From: Microgenomates group bacterium GW2011_GWF2_46_18
GTDB taxonomy: Bacteria; Patescibacteriota; Microgenomatia; UBA1400; UBA12108
Direction of reading: 5' to 3'
DNA: 64,000 nt
Assembly: GCA_001002415.1 (NCBI GenBank)
Contig: LCMB01000003.1
Coordinates: forward strand, 12,489-76,488
In this document: piece by piece, positions 9,403-17,055 of the stretch
Position numbering within the stretch: position 1 is the first letter of the stretch
How the letters are laid out: every line of letters begins with the position of its first letter
Made by a program: the position numbers and the translations under genes
The notes under the pieces: generated by a model
Told to the model about the DNA's origin: nothing
Databases searched by the model: none
Seen by the model: the letters and a program-made list of their open reading frames with translations, nothing else

Positions 9403-9784
9403 TAGGATAATTCCAGACAAATTTTAGCAAACCGTCATCATCATATTCTTTAACCACAACCCCACCCAGTAAACCCGGAAGGATATTCTCTCCGAACCAT
9501 TTCATTCTTTCGTTTTCTGTCTGGAAATGGTATTCCAGTGGCATACCACGATTTACAGTTTCAACTTTCATCTCACTAATTGCTGCTTCATATAGGGCAG
9601 TTGTTTCACCCTCATGTTTTAATCCACGCCCCGTACTAACAATATCCATGTGTGCCATTGTTTCATCAGGCAGGGATACCAAAAATAACCTGAGAATTTT
9701 TCCAAGACCCGTAAAGTCAATCTCCGTCATTTCCGCCATACCTGAATCAACTACTTGTCTAGTAATCTCGTGTTGAAAAAACAT
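9398..9784 (-). CDS. Hypothetical protein (possibly divergent GNAT fold)
   Basis: 128-aa ORF; RGLKHEGETTALY weakly resembles an acetyl-CoA motif; stop lies in the R0 core. Confidence 0.55.
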   Translation of the reverse strand: MFFQHEITRQVVDSGMAEMTEIDFTGLGKILRLFLVSLPDETMAHMDIVSTGRGLKHEGETTALYEAAISEMKVETVNRGMPLEYHFQTENERMKWFGENILPGLLGGVVVKEYDDDGLLKFVWNYPN

Positions 9785-9844
9785 TCTCCCATTATAAGCC
9801 TAATATCAACCCCTCAGCTCCGACCAAATACAAATCACAAATAG

Positions 9845-10219
9845 TTATTTTTGAGATAACCTCTGAACTGACTGAATTAGCCACTTCATTCCGTCTTCTT
9901 CCACCGCCTGCTTTGCTAAATAAGCGTCGCCAAAATGATAGTTACTATATGAAAAAGCTAGCGTTCTAATCCCCGGAAACGCATTTCTCAACATTTCCTC
10001 TATGTCTCGCCCCCTACCAGCAAAGCCATCAATCACGGCTAAGGCGGCCACAATATTCTGCGCTTGTAACTCCGCTATCTTCCGATTAGTCTCACCCCGC
10101 GAACTCGCCTCCCACACCGTATAACCAGCTTCTTTTAGTGTTTGTACAGCACCAATAATCAAGGGAGATACATCGATATCATCATCCACAAACACCAAAT
10201 GTTCTTTGTTCGCCGTCAT
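9845..10219 (-). CDS. Stand-alone response-regulator receiver domain
   Basis: VFVDDD, LAVIDG (phospho-Asp), LAFS, YLAK. Confidence 0.7.
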   Translation of the reverse strand: MTANKEHLVFVDDDIDVSPLIIGAVQTLKEAGYTVWEASSRGETNRKIAELQAQNIVAALAVIDGFAGRGRDIEEMLRNAFPGIRTLAFSYSNYHFGDAYLAKQAVEEDGMKWLIQSVQRLSQK

Positions 10220-10290
10220 GTAAATATTGTAAATCAATAGTCAATATCAACAAATCAACTACGGAAAAACACTCCTCTCCCCAAATAAGT

Positions 10291-10344
10291 AGGTTCCAAC
10301 ATCTTCCACCAGTCCCTGCAGTAATATATTTTGATATATTCAAC
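10291..10344 (+). repeat. Cassette junction R1
   Basis: AGGTTCcaacatcttccaccagtCCCTGC-AGTAATATATTTTGATATATTCAAC. Confidence 0.85.
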
Positions 10345-10912
10345 TAACCAAACTCTTCTTCCAAACTGGTGCATCGCCATCTTTCCCAAAATAACCTATT
10401 GCTACACCAACTCTTTGATATCCGGGCAATTTATCATAAAAACCCCACCCTGTATCCCGATATCTCGGACCACTATTCAACACGACCTCCGTATACCCTT
10501 GAACAACGGCGGCCTGTTCAAGCATCCCCACAAGAGCTCTCCCAACCCCCTTGCCACCTCTCTGCTTCGGGTCAACATACGCATTTACCAACTCTACAGG
10601 CTTATCTGTTTGAAGAAAATCTAACGCCAACATCCTTGAATCTGGTGGCCTCATACCAATAACCCCCACAACTTCACCCTTAACACCAACCGCTGTAAAA
10701 TACCGATAATCATTCAGTCTATTTACGCTGTCCTCCATTAGTTGTAAATCTTCCAACACTTCCTCTGGTAATGGTTGGCCAGTATCTCTACTCTTCACCC
10801 AATGTTCCAAAATTGGCTTAAGTTGAACCAAATCACCCATTTCTAATGGACGCACAAACCCTCCGAAACTTACAGTTTCATCCTTTGTTCTTCTTTCGTT
10901 ATTAGGACTCAT
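10340..10912 (-). CDS. GNAT family N-acetyltransferase
   Basis: AYVDPKQRGGKGVGRALV, GFYDKLPGY; stop lies in the R1 core. Confidence 0.85.
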   Translation of the reverse strand: MSPNNERRTKDETVSFGGFVRPLEMGDLVQLKPILEHWVKSRDTGQPLPEEVLEDLQLMEDSVNRLNDYRYFTAVGVKGEVVGVIGMRPPDSRMLALDFLQTDKPVELVNAYVDPKQRGGKGVGRALVGMLEQAAVVQGYTEVVLNSGPRYRDTGWGFYDKLPGYQRVGVAIGYFGKDGDAPVWKKSLVS

Positions 10913-10963
10913 ACAAGTATATTTTACCCTAATAGGCAATAATCAATTTTAGTAAATCATTTT

Positions 10964-11011
10964 AGGCACCCTCCACCAGTCCCGGCAAATATATCAAAGC
11001 GTATCAATTTT
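10964..11011 (+). repeat. Cassette junction R2 (core inverted)
   Basis: ctccaccagtCCCGGC-AAATATATCAAAGCGTATCAAT. Confidence 0.75.
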
Positions 11012-11054
11012 TTCTCTAATGAATTTTTGTGTTACTTTTTGATAAAATCATCAC

Positions 11055-11411
11055 ATGGCAGACAAAGAGGTAAAGACGTTTGACACTATGGAAAAAGCCA
11101 TTAAGTCAAAAAAGAGATTATTAGACTCGGACTATGTCAAGTTGAATTTTATCGCTCTGGGAAATTTACAGAAGAAAACAATGTTAATTTTGCGAGAGCA
11201 AAACTTAGTTATTGTTGTTTTGTTCTTGTTATCTTGGTTCAAGGTTGAAGTTATATCAATAATAACCAATATCGCAACATGGACTTACGACTATGTTAAA
11301 TTTGCAGTTGAGGGATTTAATCAAATTTCGTTAGACACAAAGTATACTTTTCTAGTAGTTACACCAATCTCGCTAGTCATCGGATACATGCTTGGAAATA
11401 AACGAAAATAG
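11055..11411 (+). CDS. Hypothetical membrane protein
   Basis: Two hydrophobic segments; AT-rich; TAG overlaps R3. Confidence 0.65.
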   Translation: MADKEVKTFDTMEKAIKSKKRLLDSDYVKLNFIALGNLQKKTMLILREQNLVIVVLFLLSWFKVEVISIITNIATWTYDYVKFAVEGFNQISLDTKYTFLVVTPISLVIGYMLGNKRK

Positions 11412-11463
11412 GTTCTGACATTCACCACTAATCTCTGCAGTGATATATTTTGATATAGTTAAC
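11410..11463 (+). repeat. Cassette junction R3
   Basis: AGGTTCtgacattcaccactaatCTCTGC-AGTGATATATTTTGATATAGTTAAC. Confidence 0.85.
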
Positions 11464-11488
11464 TAATTCTTTGGGGTATAATCTCCCC

Positions 11489-12136
11489 ATGCATATCGAA
11501 AATGAGTGGGTCAAAACTACCCTCGCGGATTTTCTTGAAGCTATTCCCTCGGACTACCCGTACTTTGCTCTGGGATCGTTAGTTCTACTCTCATATACCG
11601 AGAATTTTTATACCAGACCAATACGAGATATTGATCTGATTGGCGACACCCACGGAACTGATAAGCTCGGAGCTGTGTTACTTGATAAGGGATACGCCCA
11701 AAACACATTTATCGATAGTAAATTTCCCCTCGCTCATAAACTACAAGCAATCGGAAAGAAAAAATACCTAAGATTTGAGAAGAATGGTCGAGCCCTTGAA
11801 ATCATGACTTCTAATTTGACGGCCAATGACGGGAGTATTGATGTCGAGCTTTATCCTGGAATAGCGGTCTCAATGTCTGAGTCGGCAGTTCAGAACACAA
11901 GATACCAGGGACTGGAATTCCGAGCTGTATCACCCGAGGCTCTCTTCTGCATTTATAACTTTGGACTAAAAACCTGGGGTACTCTCGTAAAGACACGGAT
12001 AGAACAGAGGCGCCGTGACTTGGCTGCATTACATAAAATCGTCCAGCCCTATGCTCTGACTAGAATCGCAGATAATGTTCATCTAAAAATTGGACGGTCA
12101 AGGATTAAAATTCCAAGCAAACTGATTACTACCTAA
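11489..12136 (+). CDS. Nucleotidyltransferase-fold protein
   Basis: ALGS...TRPIRDIDL (GS + DxD pol-beta motif). Confidence 0.7.
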   Translation: MHIENEWVKTTLADFLEAIPSDYPYFALGSLVLLSYTENFYTRPIRDIDLIGDTHGTDKLGAVLLDKGYAQNTFIDSKFPLAHKLQAIGKKKYLRFEKNGRALEIMTSNLTANDGSIDVELYPGIAVSMSESAVQNTRYQGLEFRAVSPEALFCIYNFGLKTWGTLVKTRIEQRRRDLAALHKIVQPYALTRIADNVHLKIGRSRIKIPSKLITT

Positions 12137-12138
12137 AT

Positions 12139-12192
12139 AAGTTCTCACATCCTCTCCTAATCTCTGCAAATATATCAAAGCATATCACTTTA
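12139..12192 (+). repeat. Cassette junction R4 (core inverted)
   Basis: AAGTTCtcacatcctctcctaatCTCTGC-AAATATATCAAAGCATATCACT. Confidence 0.85.
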
Positions 12193-12201
12193 TCTAGAAA
12201 T

Positions 12202-13182
12202 CTACCCTATCCAATTAAACAAATACCCCATCAGCATTATCCCCACAATCGTAATCCCAAAGAATGTAGCCAGTAGTTGCCATTTCATCACTTTCTTGAG
12301 GATCAAAGCTTCGGGAATAGACAGAGTGACCGTCGCGGTCATAAACGCGAGCGCTGTCCCTAGTGGTATCCCCTTCCCAATCAGCGCTTCCATCACCGGG
12401 ATTACTCCCACCGAGTTAGCATAGAGTGGAACACCCGAAAGAGTCGCTGCTGGAATGGCCCACCAACTTTTGGTCCCCAGATAACGCTCTATTAAAGTCT
12501 GTGGGATAAATCCATGGATTATCGCCCCTATCGCAACACCTAATAAGACATATGGATAGACTCTTTTAGTTATCTCCCATCCATCACTCCACCACAGTTT
12601 AGCCCTTTCCCCTACACTAAGCTCTACCCCTTCATTTTCTCTTAGTGCCTGTGCCCTATTCTTGAACTTTAGAAGCGAAGATTCCACATACTTCTCCATG
12701 TGCAACCGCCCAATTAGTATTCCCCCAAGGATGCTCACAATTATCCCCACAAGGTTATACAAAGCTGTCACCCGCCAGCCAAACAAGGCAGGAAAAAGTA
12801 AAAGAGAGGCTTCGTTTACCAGTGGCGAACTAATGAGGAAGGTAAAAGTAATACCAAGTGGTATCCCGGCCGACAAGAAACCAATAAACAGGGGGATCGA
12901 CGAACAGGAACAAAATGGGGTAATCACCCCCAGGAGTGCGGCCAACAAGTAATCTAGTCCAAACCATCTCCTCTTAGTGAGCAAATCCCGCACTTTCTCC
13001 ATCGGAAAGTAGTAACGAGTAATCGCCATCACATAATTTATCACTACCAAAAGCAGACCTATCTTGATTGAGTCGTAAATGAAAAAATTTACTGCCTCAC
13101 CCAGATAACTCCCTACCTGAATTCCCAGCCATTGGTGAACAACCGTCTCGGCCAAAATCTGAACTGGACTAAATATGTCCAT
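12202..13182 (-). CDS. ArsP/DUF318 family permease
   Basis: TPFCSCSSIPLFIG, SSPLVNE, GVAIGAIIHG, GTALAFM, LSIPE. Confidence 0.88.
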   Translation of the reverse strand: MDIFSPVQILAETVVHQWLGIQVGSYLGEAVNFFIYDSIKIGLLLVVINYVMAITRYYFPMEKVRDLLTKRRWFGLDYLLAALLGVITPFCSCSSIPLFIGFLSAGIPLGITFTFLISSPLVNEASLLLFPALFGWRVTALYNLVGIIVSILGGILIGRLHMEKYVESSLLKFKNRAQALRENEGVELSVGERAKLWWSDGWEITKRVYPYVLLGVAIGAIIHGFIPQTLIERYLGTKSWWAIPAATLSGVPLYANSVGVIPVMEALIGKGIPLGTALAFMTATVTLSIPEALILKKVMKWQLLATFFGITIVGIMLMGYLFNWIG

Positions 13183-13288
13183 ATATCTTTGCTTTCACTT
13201 TGTTCTTATCCGGAATAAATCCGGTCATTACTATTTTGTGTAGTTTTTGGCAGGTTGGGCACCCTGACCCCAATACTTGAATTTTCAT
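13169..13288 (-). pseudogene. Internally deleted small thioredoxin (redox-active disulfide protein 2 type)
   Basis: MKIQVLGSGCPTCQKLHKI|VMTGFIPDKNKVKAKI: N- and C-termini present, only 39 aa versus ~80 typical. Confidence 0.7.
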
Positions 13289-13340
13289 AGGTTATTCTCC
13301 AAACCAAAAATACGCTCAATCTTTGCATTGTGCAACAGGT

Positions 13341-13400
13341 AGGTTCTGACATTCACCACTCATCCCTCCTACATCAAGGCTCCGGCCGGCAAATATCTTG
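13341..13400 (+). repeat. Cassette junction R5 (terminal, with REP-like insertion)
   Basis: AGGTTCtgacattcaccactcatCCCT-cctacatcaaggctccgg-CCGGCAAATAT. Confidence 0.75.
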
Positions 13401-13435
13401 CTCTCGTGCTCAATAACTTATATAGTGACATTAGC

Positions 13436-14677
13436 ATGAAAAAAACGAATTTTCTTAGTCTCATCTTGCTCGGTACAGTGATCTTGCTCGCCAGCTTCTT
13501 TAGTATTAAAGATCCCACCCTATATGTGGATGAAACAGTCCACTACAAAGTCATCGAGAACTTTTGTAATCTCAATTTCACCATCCACCCCAATCTCACC
13601 AACATCCCTGCCTACCATGCCATCCTCGGCGGGATTTGTTATCTTGGCTCCTTCATCCTACCTCTTAATTCCATTCACTTTACTCGGATAACTTCCCTTT
13701 TCCTTAGTCTTCTAGGTCTTATTTTTTTCTATCTTCTTGCCAAAAAAATACAGCACAAGACTCCCCTATTCACAGTTCTCCAACTCTTTTTGCTTCCCAT
13801 TGCCTTCCCCTTTTATTTTCTCGTTTACACCGACATCCCCGCCATCGCTCCTATCGCCCTGGCCCTCTTACTCACCCTCAATTACAAATACGCTTGGGCG
13901 GGAATCTTGGTAACTCTCAGTATTGCTTTCCGTCAAAATAATTTCGTCTGGCTCGGATGGCTGGCTCTTACTATTTTCTTTGATGGAATGCTTTTCAAAT
14001 CTAATCTCAAATATCTCTTCCAATATATGCTTCAATATCTTTCGAAAGTTTCTACTTTCATCCTCGGTGCCGTTGCCTTTGTAGGTTTTGTGAAATGGAA
14101 CGGCGGGATCTCTCTGGCGAAAGCCGAAGAATGGGCTCATCCATCTTTTAGTTTCCATCTTGGCAATGTTTATTTGATGTTGGTCCTCTTTACTCTCGCC
14201 TTTTTACCCATAGTTATAGCCACTATCCCCAAAATAAAGCGTATTTGGAATCACAAGTTAATTCTTTCCCTGTTCTTACTGACTTGTGGGCTTATCACTT
14301 ATACTTTTCTCTTCCAATTTAACAATACTCATCCCTACAACCAACACGAATTCGCAGTCCACAATAAAATCTTGGTCCTGATGACCCAATCCTTTGCCAG
14401 TCGTCTAGTTTCTCTCATCCCCATGCTCCTGGCCCTTCTTACCATTTTTTCTACCAAATTCCGCCGACCCCTCTATTATCTGATGTATCCCTTCGCCCTT
14501 CTTTTTGTTCTCCCTTCTTGGCTGATCGAACCGCGCTACTACATAATCCCCTTCTATTTTTATCTTCTGTTTAAAGAGGAAAGTTCCAACCTTACGAAGC
14601 TCTCCCTCATCATTTGGGAACTCATTGGGTCTAGCTTGCTCCTCTATGGAACTCTCAACAAACTCCTCTTACCCTAA
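13436..14677 (+). CDS. ALG10/DIE2-like GT-C glycosyltransferase
   Basis: YVDETVH, FYFLVYTD, FRQNNFVW, FVKWNGGI, LIEPRYYIIP; multi-TM. Confidence 0.75.
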   Translation: MKKTNFLSLILLGTVILLASFFSIKDPTLYVDETVHYKVIENFCNLNFTIHPNLTNIPAYHAILGGICYLGSFILPLNSIHFTRITSLFLSLLGLIFFYLLAKKIQHKTPLFTVLQLFLLPIAFPFYFLVYTDIPAIAPIALALLLTLNYKYAWAGILVTLSIAFRQNNFVWLGWLALTIFFDGMLFKSNLKYLFQYMLQYLSKVSTFILGAVAFVGFVKWNGGISLAKAEEWAHPSFSFHLGNVYLMLVLFTLAFLPIVIATIPKIKRIWNHKLILSLFLLTCGLITYTFLFQFNNTHPYNQHEFAVHNKILVLMTQSFASRLVSLIPMLLALLTIFSTKFRRPLYYLMYPFALLFVLPSWLIEPRYYIIPFYFYLLFKEESSNLTKLSLIIWELIGSSLLLYGTLNKLLLP

Positions 14678-14684
14678 ACTTCAC

Positions 14685-15200
14685 CTATCGCTCCCAACGA
14701 AAATACCCATTCCCTCCCCCTCTGCCCGGTAATCTCCAATTCTGCCCCTCCACTTGCTGATAAAAACGTCTCATCGGTCCCTGGCGAGACAATCTATCGT
14801 TTAACCCCAAATAGTCCACCAAACCAGCCGCCAAAATAATTGCTACCACAAATCCACCGATCACCAGCCAGATGTTTTTCTTATAAACACAATCAAATTT
14901 CTTGAGTAACTTTATCCCCAAAACAATTCCTCCAATCGCCAATATTGGAACCCACCAAGGGAAATTATTGAGCATCAACTGCAACTTCCACTGCCCCATC
15001 GGTCCGTGCTGACGCAGCAAAAACCAGGTGAGATTCACCAGAAATATTGCTCCCACGGATAAGCCCGCAAGTCCCCCAACCAATAACACCGAACCCAACA
15101 CAAAATACCAGCGCGGTTTCATGGCAATCTCGTTGGACTCCACTTTGGCCATGATGGCTTTCTTCAGATCAATTGGCTTTACTTTTGCTGTTTTTGACAT
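14685..15200 (-). CDS. Membrane protein, putative anti-sigma factor
   Basis: Overlaps the end of the ECF sigma gene; 3 TM helices. Confidence 0.6.
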   Translation of the reverse strand: MSKTAKVKPIDLKKAIMAKVESNEIAMKPRWYFVLGSVLLVGGLAGLSVGAIFLVNLTWFLLRQHGPMGQWKLQLMLNNFPWWVPILAIGGIVLGIKLLKKFDCVYKKNIWLVIGGFVVAIILAAGLVDYLGLNDRLSRQGPMRRFYQQVEGQNWRLPGRGGGNGYFRWER

Positions 15201-15727
15201 AATGCTTTCATGATTCCTTTGGCACGGCTAACCCTCGTTCCAACCGTCCCAATGGGAATTCGTAATATATCACTAATTTCCTCATACGATTTTTCCTCTA
15301 GATAAAACAGCGACAACGGCTCCTTATAAATGAGCGGCATCTGCTCTAAACAGCGATGGGTGTGAGTAAGTAGCTCCTTTTTCACAAACTCAGCCTCCAA
15401 ATCCACCCCGCTTGCAAACTCCATTTTATCTCCAATTGTCTGATGTTTTTTTTGTTTATGTAGCATATTCATCGCTTCGTTGTGGACAATTCTGTATACC
15501 CAACTGGAAAATTTTTTCTTCGTATCAAAACTATGGAGATTAACATACGCTTTGATCAATCCCTCTTGCACCACATCAGCTCCCTTGTGGTCATCTCCCA
15601 TGATGTTGCTGGCATACCTCATTAGCTTATCCTGGTATCGTTTAATAATCTCTGCATACATTTCTTTATTCGAGCTTCGCACAATCTCGATTACTTCTTC
15701 GTCGGATAATTTGGCTGTCTGACTCAT
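15179..15727 (-). CDS. ECF RNA polymerase sigma factor
   Basis: DVVQE..IKAY, FSSWVYRIVHN, SYEEISDILRIPIGTVGTRVSRAK. Confidence 0.92.
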   Translation of the reverse strand: MSQTAKLSDEEVIEIVRSSNKEMYAEIIKRYQDKLMRYASNIMGDDHKGADVVQEGLIKAYVNLHSFDTKKKFSSWVYRIVHNEAMNMLHKQKKHQTIGDKMEFASGVDLEAEFVKKELLTHTHRCLEQMPLIYKEPLSLFYLEEKSYEEISDILRIPIGTVGTRVSRAKGIMKALCQKQQK

Positions 15728-15759
15728 AGTTATTACACTTAGTATAACGCTTCACAACT

Positions 15760-15798
15760 GCCGACACCTCACTCATATCATCTGGGTGAGGCGTCAGC
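15760..15798 (-). terminator. Stem-loop downstream of 15815..16189
   Basis: GCCGACACCTCACTCA / TGGGTGAGGCGTCAGC imperfect inverted repeat. Confidence 0.45.
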
Positions 15799-15814
15799 TA
15801 TTTTAGAAATATGG

Positions 15815-16189
15815 TTAACGATTAGTTCTTCCATATCCCATTCCTTGACCCATTCCTGAGCCATTACGGAGTCCGAGTCCTAGTTCTGCTCGGATCTTAT
15901 TGGCTTCTTCGGTGTTACCCTGTTTAGCCAATTCGTGAGCCTCGGCGAACCTGGCAAAGTTGTCAGCATTCACCACTTGAGTTACTCTACCACGGCCTGC
16001 CATTTGCTCTTTCCAAGCATTGTAATCTTTATTGGTAAATGCTTGCTCCATCGCAGCATGGCGCTCTTCGGTATAGTTAGGACCCGTTACGTTGGGATCC
16101 CCTCTATAAGCCTGGACAGCCTGAGGAGCGATAATTACGCCCCCAACAATCAAAGCCGTCAATCCAAATAGTATTGATGTCTTGTTCAT
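15815..16189 (-). CDS. Secreted hypothetical protein
   Basis: Signal peptide, Gly-rich tail, SD GGGGGTG. Confidence 0.75.
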   Translation of the reverse strand: MNKTSILFGLTALIVGGVIIAPQAVQAYRGDPNVTGPNYTEERHAAMEQAFTNKDYNAWKEQMAGRGRVTQVVNADNFARFAEAHELAKQGNTEEANKIRAELGLGLRNGSGMGQGMGYGRTNR

Positions 16190-16284
16190 ATCTTTTCACC
16201 CCCTTTCAAAATTCAAATTGTGTTATCTACTAGTAGTACCGCAAACAGGTCTATTTTCTTTCACCCACCTTTACCGGATTATTC

Positions 16285-16370
16285 TTGAATATTTCCCTAT
16301 TTGTGCTACACTAACCCCATAAACGCCTCGTCTATGCTCCGGCTCGACGAGGTTTTTTTATTGCTATAAT
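16285..16370 (+). promoter_or_regulatory. Promoter-hairpin/terminator-promoter cassette upstream of the NYN gene
   Basis: TTGAAT-16-TACACT (extended -10); CCTCGTC/GACGAGG plus T7; second TGcTATAAT at 16362-16370. Confidence 0.55.
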
Positions 16371-16376
16371 CAAGAT

Positions 16377-16964
16377 ATGTCCAAAACTATTCTCTACATC
16401 GATGGTGAAAACATCAAACACTACCTCAAACTGGTCCTCAAAAATGCGCAGATTCCAGTGAAACAACACAACCTGGAAAATTTCGCCTACTCCACCCTTT
16501 TCGCCCAAGTCCTCAAAGGTCTTGATCTGGCCGAACAGCGTTATTACTCCGCCAAAATTCGCTACCACGCCGAGCAGCAAGCCAAATCCAAAGAACTCAT
16601 TCTCAAACAACGTGTCCAGAAAAGTAGTTTGGAAAAGCAGGGAATCAAAGTCATTATGGGCGGCAATGTTCGCCCTCAAGAAGTAACCGTTAACGGCAAA
16701 AAGACTACCGTTTTCCACGAAAAAGGTGTCGATGTCCAAATTGCGGTAGATTTAATTACCGACGCTCTCGACAAAACCATTACTACCGCCGTTCTCTGTA
16801 GCTCCGATTCCGACCTGCAACCAGCCGTCCAGGAACTCAAACAACGGGGAGTGGAAATCATCTATCTTGGTTTCGAAATTAGTCCCAACAAAGGCCTCTC
16901 CTACACTACCAACCGGACTATTCTCATCCGTAATTCCGAGGTCTTAGATATCTATCGTTCCTAA
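16377..16964 (+). CDS. NYN/LabA (PIN-like) ribonuclease domain protein
   Basis: YIDGEN, EKGVDVQIAVDL, SSDSDL. Confidence 0.9.
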   Translation: MSKTILYIDGENIKHYLKLVLKNAQIPVKQHNLENFAYSTLFAQVLKGLDLAEQRYYSAKIRYHAEQQAKSKELILKQRVQKSSLEKQGIKVIMGGNVRPQEVTVNGKKTTVFHEKGVDVQIAVDLITDALDKTITTAVLCSSDSDLQPAVQELKQRGVEIIYLGFEISPNKGLSYTTNRTILIRNSEVLDIYRS

Positions 16965-17055
16965 CTCAATTTCCCACCACACATTGCATATGCAATCCTA
17001 TAACTTGCATTCTAGGGTATAATTTCTAGCGTTTATATTAACTATTCAATTAACT

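Larger units (their letters stand above)
9373..13400. mobile_element. Putative tRNA-Trp-anchored tandem gene-cassette array (five cassettes, no integrase)
   Basis: Conserved junction repeat at 9373, 10291, 10964, 11410, 12139 and 13341 separating unrelated 1-2 gene modules. Confidence 0.75.

Noticed and set aside
9373-13400. CRISPR array or classical integron attC array
   Set aside because: Spacers are 0.45-1.2 kb genes, there are no cas genes or intI, and the repeats lack the attC RYYYAAC/GTTRRRY hairpin architecture
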